19,964 bases of DNA, taken from positions 1 to 19,964 of the forward strand of contig JAWSUI010000063.1 of the NCBI GenBank assembly GCA_033551855.1, read 5' to 3'. A program made the translations under genes and the position numbers. A model generated the notes under the pieces. The model ran no database searches. It was not told the DNA's origin and saw only the letters and a program-made list of their open reading frames with translations. The DNA is from Deferrisomatales bacterium (GTDB lineage Bacteria; Desulfobacterota; Deferrisomatia; Deferrisomatales; JACRMM01). Every line of letters starts with the position of its first letter. Positions within the stretch are counted from its first letter, which is position 1. Below are positions 17,809-19,964 of the stretch, piece after piece.

Positions 17809-18901
17809 AAGGGGACGTAAGTGAAATCAACACATTCCTCGGGTCACCTCCTCCAGGAGGCGTGTGGCCAGCTCACTGCCCCTCGCGTGGGGCGGCCAGC
17901 GGTTCACGGTCGAGGGCACGACCCCCAGGTACCGTGCCACCGCGGCCCCAGCGTAACCCAACCGGCCGACGGCCACCTCGATCAACGCCCGGCGGGCGGC
18001 GACTGCCGCCCGCCGCTTGCTGGGGCTTCTCAGCTCGTTCTCCTCTACCCCGGTCAACGCCGTGACCCCACGGACCAGCGAATCCAGGGGCACCCGCGCC
18101 TTGCCCAGCACCTGGCGGCGCTCCCAGTCCGCCTCTGCCAAGGTGTCCAGGACGAACTCCGGGCTCCCGAGGATCCTCTCGTCGTACGCCGGCGGACCTT
18201 CCTCGCGGCTTCGCCCCGTTCCTTCCAGCCACGCCCCGCAGCTGCGGCGTAAGCCTCCACCAACCAGGTCTGCCCGATGCCCCTCCCCGACGCCGTCGGC
18301 CACGAACTGCTCGTACCGCTTCCGTGCCGTCGGCACCGACCGCCCAAACCTTCCCAGCACCTCGCCCACATCCTGCCAAGGGCGCTCCACCACGCCGAGC
18401 AACGCGCCGTGGCCCGCGTAGGCTTGGCGCCCCAGCCTCACGAGGCTGTCCACCAAGCCGGCGCGCAACGGGTTGAGGTGGATGTACCGCACCAACTGGA
18501 GAAAGTAAGGCTCCTCCTCGACCACGATGCTTCGGTACCGGTTCTGGAAGAGATGGCCGTGACGCCCGTGGCGAAGATTGAAGGCCACGGCGTAGCCGGT
18601 CATGATCCGCCGCATCACCGCCGGCAGCCCCGCGTCCCCCGTGCGCAGGAGCAGGTGAAAGTGGTTGGGCAGGAGCGCCCACGCGTAGACCCGAGCCCCG
18701 CCCCTGACGACGGCCCTCTCGAGCCTGCGCAGGAAATCCTCGTAGTCGCGTTCCTCCACGAAGATCGCCTTGCGCTCGATCCCGCGGGCGATCACGTGGT
18801 GGAGGGTGCCGGGTGCGTCGAGACGGGCCTGGCGTGGCATGTCCCGAACCCTACCCCCGACCTGCGGCCAGCGCAATGCACAATTTCACTTACGTCCCCT
18901 T
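17809..18901. mobile_element. RAYT-type HUH transposase unit bounded by perfect 19-bp inverted repeats
   Basis: AAGGGGACGTAAGTGAAAT (17809-17827) and ATTTCACTTACGTCCCCTT (18883-18901) enclose the transposase gene; no flanking direct repeat is visible. Confidence 0.8.
17827..18840 (-). CDS. REP-associated tyrosine (Y1/HUH) transposase with a C-terminal HTH-like extension, 337 aa
   Basis: MPRQARLDAPGTLHHVIARG start, AWALLPNHFHLL (HUH), GHLFQNRYRS and RYIHLNP (catalytic Tyr plus NP); the C-terminal AAVARYLGVVPSTV looks like an HTH. Confidence 0.9.
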   Translation of the reverse strand: MPRQARLDAPGTLHHVIARGIERKAIFVEERDYEDFLRRLERAVVRGGARVYAWALLPNHFHLLLRTGDAGLPAVMRRIMTGYAVAFNLRHGRHGHLFQNRYRSIVVEEEPYFLQLVRYIHLNPLRAGLVDSLVRLGRQAYAGHGALLGVVERPWQDVGEVLGRFGRSVPTARKRYEQFVADGVGEGHRADLVGGGLRRSCGAWLEGTGRSREEGPPAYDERILGSPEFVLDTLAEADWERRQVLGKARVPLDSLVRGVTALTGVEENELRSPSKRRAAVAARRALIEVAVGRLGYAGAAVARYLGVVPSTVNRWPPHARGSELATRLLEEVTRGMC

Positions 18902-18911
18902 AGGGTTTTTG

Positions 18912-18947
18912 GTGATGTCTTGACATCACAGCTCATGATGCTAAGGT
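18912..18947 (+). promoter_or_regulatory. vapBC sigma70 promoter overlapped by a palindromic operator
   Basis: The palindrome GTGATGTC-TT-GACATCAC (18912-18929) contains TTGACA (18920-18925); after a 16-bp spacer comes TAAGGT (18942-18947), preceded by an extended -10 TGn. Confidence 0.7.
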
Positions 18948-18986
18948 GACTATTTGGACGGGGCGATGGCACGAGAGGATGGGCAC

Positions 18987-19232
18987 ATGAGGACGACCCT
19001 GCGGTTGGACGACGACGTGATCGACAAGGCGAGGGCGGCGGCGGCGAAGCTCGGTACCTCGTTTCGGGCCGTCGTGAACGAGGCGCTGCGGATGGGGTTG
19101 GACGAGGTGGTCAAGCCGGCGACCCGACGCCCTTATCGAACCAAACCCCACGCCATGGGGCTTCGGCCGGGCTTCAGCCTGGACGATGTGCAGGAAGTCC
19201 TCGCCCAGGCGGAGGGTGAGGACTTCCGGTGA
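18987..19232 (+). CDS. vapB: VapB-type RHH antitoxin, 81 aa
   Basis: MRTTLRLDDDV..VVNEALRMGL RHH pattern, GAGAGGA RBS, and a GTGA overlap with the PIN toxin gene. Confidence 0.88.
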   Translation: MRTTLRLDDDVIDKARAAAAKLGTSFRAVVNEALRMGLDEVVKPATRRPYRTKPHAMGLRPGFSLDDVQEVLAQAEGEDFR

Positions 19233-19660
19233 TCCTGGTCGACGCGAACCTCCTGCTCTACGCCGAGGACCGCCTGAGCCCCCACCACGAGGCGGCTCGG
19301 GGCTGGTGGGACGAGCAGTTGTCCGGGGCTTCACCGGTGTGTCTTTCGTGGCCGGTGATCGGCGCCTTCGTTCGGATCGGGACCAATCCTCGGATCTTCC
19401 GGCGCCCGCTGACCCTCGGGGAGGCGTTGCACCGGATCCAGAGCTGGCTCGAGCAGCCGTGCACACGGGTCGTGGTGCCGACGCAGCGGCACTGGGCGGT
19501 CTTCCGCGAGCTGTTGGAGCGCGGCCAGGCGACCGGAAACCTGGTCCCGGACGCCCACCTCGCCGCACTGGCCGTGGAGCACGGCTGCGAGCTGTGCTCG
19601 AGCGACACCGACTTCGTGCGGTTTCCTGGCCTCACCTGGCGAAATCCCCTCGCTACCTGA
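19229..19660 (+). CDS. vapC: VapC PIN-domain toxin
   Basis: MILVDANLLLYA, GNLVPDAHLAALAVEHG and SSDTDF..F.GL.W.NP, typical of mycobacterial-type VapC. Confidence 0.93.
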   Translation: MILVDANLLLYAEDRLSPHHEAARGWWDEQLSGASPVCLSWPVIGAFVRIGTNPRIFRRPLTLGEALHRIQSWLEQPCTRVVVPTQRHWAVFRELLERGQATGNLVPDAHLAALAVEHGCELCSSDTDFVRFPGLTWRNPLAT

Positions 19661-19694
19661 CGCCGTCGGCAAGTACTCCCGCCCCCCGTCCCTT

Positions 19695-19743
19695 CACCCC
19701 CGATCCGCCGCCCACGAAATGCGCAATTTCACTTACGTCCCTT
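19695..19743. repeat. Direct copy of the RAYT upstream-end repeat
   Basis: CACCCCCGATCCGCCGCCCACGAAATGCGCAATTTCACTTACGTCCCTT aligns with 18852..18901. Confidence 0.88.
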
Positions 19744-19821
19744 CAGCGGTTCGCGGTGCGTGCCCCTCACGGCGATTGTGGAGGCCGTGCCGTTGGCGGC
19801 CGTCCAGCCAGCCCCGACCCG

Positions 19822-19871
19822 CCACCCCGATCCGCCCCCTGCGAAATGCACAGTTTCACTTACGTCCCCTT
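19822..19871. repeat. Direct copy of the RAYT upstream-end repeat
   Basis: CCACCCCGATCCGCCCCCTGCGAAATGCACAGTTTCACTTACGTCCCCTT aligns with 19695..19743 and 18852..18901. Confidence 0.88.
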
Positions 19872-19964
19872 TGGGTTTGGGCTCTTGGAGGAAACATTTT
19901 TCCATCTATCCGGAAGTTCCTGAAAAATTCGTTCCTGAATCGAGGCGAACCCCCTGACATCCCA

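Noticed and set aside
17827..18840. IS200/IS605 TnpA-TnpB element
   Set aside because: The protein is far longer than TnpA (~150 aa), carries RAYT-type motifs, and no tnpB is present.
18852..19871. CRISPR repeats or integron attC sites
   Set aside because: Spacing is very uneven (~840 and ~128 bp), there is no RYYYAAC/GTTRRRY attC structure, and there is no integrase or cas gene in the window.

Overview
GC-rich bacterial window; gene content is suggestive of an anaerobic deltaproteobacterium (inference only). From the left: a probable sigma54-driven, Na+-pumping glutaconyl-CoA decarboxylase operon (gcdD-B-C-A, including a 42-aa subunit missing from the ORF track), bracketed by copies of a dispersed palindromic element. 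Next come a DUF554-type membrane protein, a hypothetical gene plus mscS, a VWA lipoprotein, an oversized PfkB-family kinase, a ~3.5 x 190-bp structured tandem repeat, transketolase, a molybdopterin oxidoreductase and a ~1000-aa NAD-glutamate dehydrogenase. The most interesting part is the right end. A RAYT/REP-associated HUH (Y1) transposase with a C-terminal extension is bounded by perfect 19-bp inverted repeats. The ~48-bp repeat upstream of its start recurs twice more in direct orientation, delimiting a self-contained vapBC toxin-antitoxin unit and a ~128-bp non-coding unit, which resembles a cassette array. All calls come from motif recognition and manual alignment; no searches were run.
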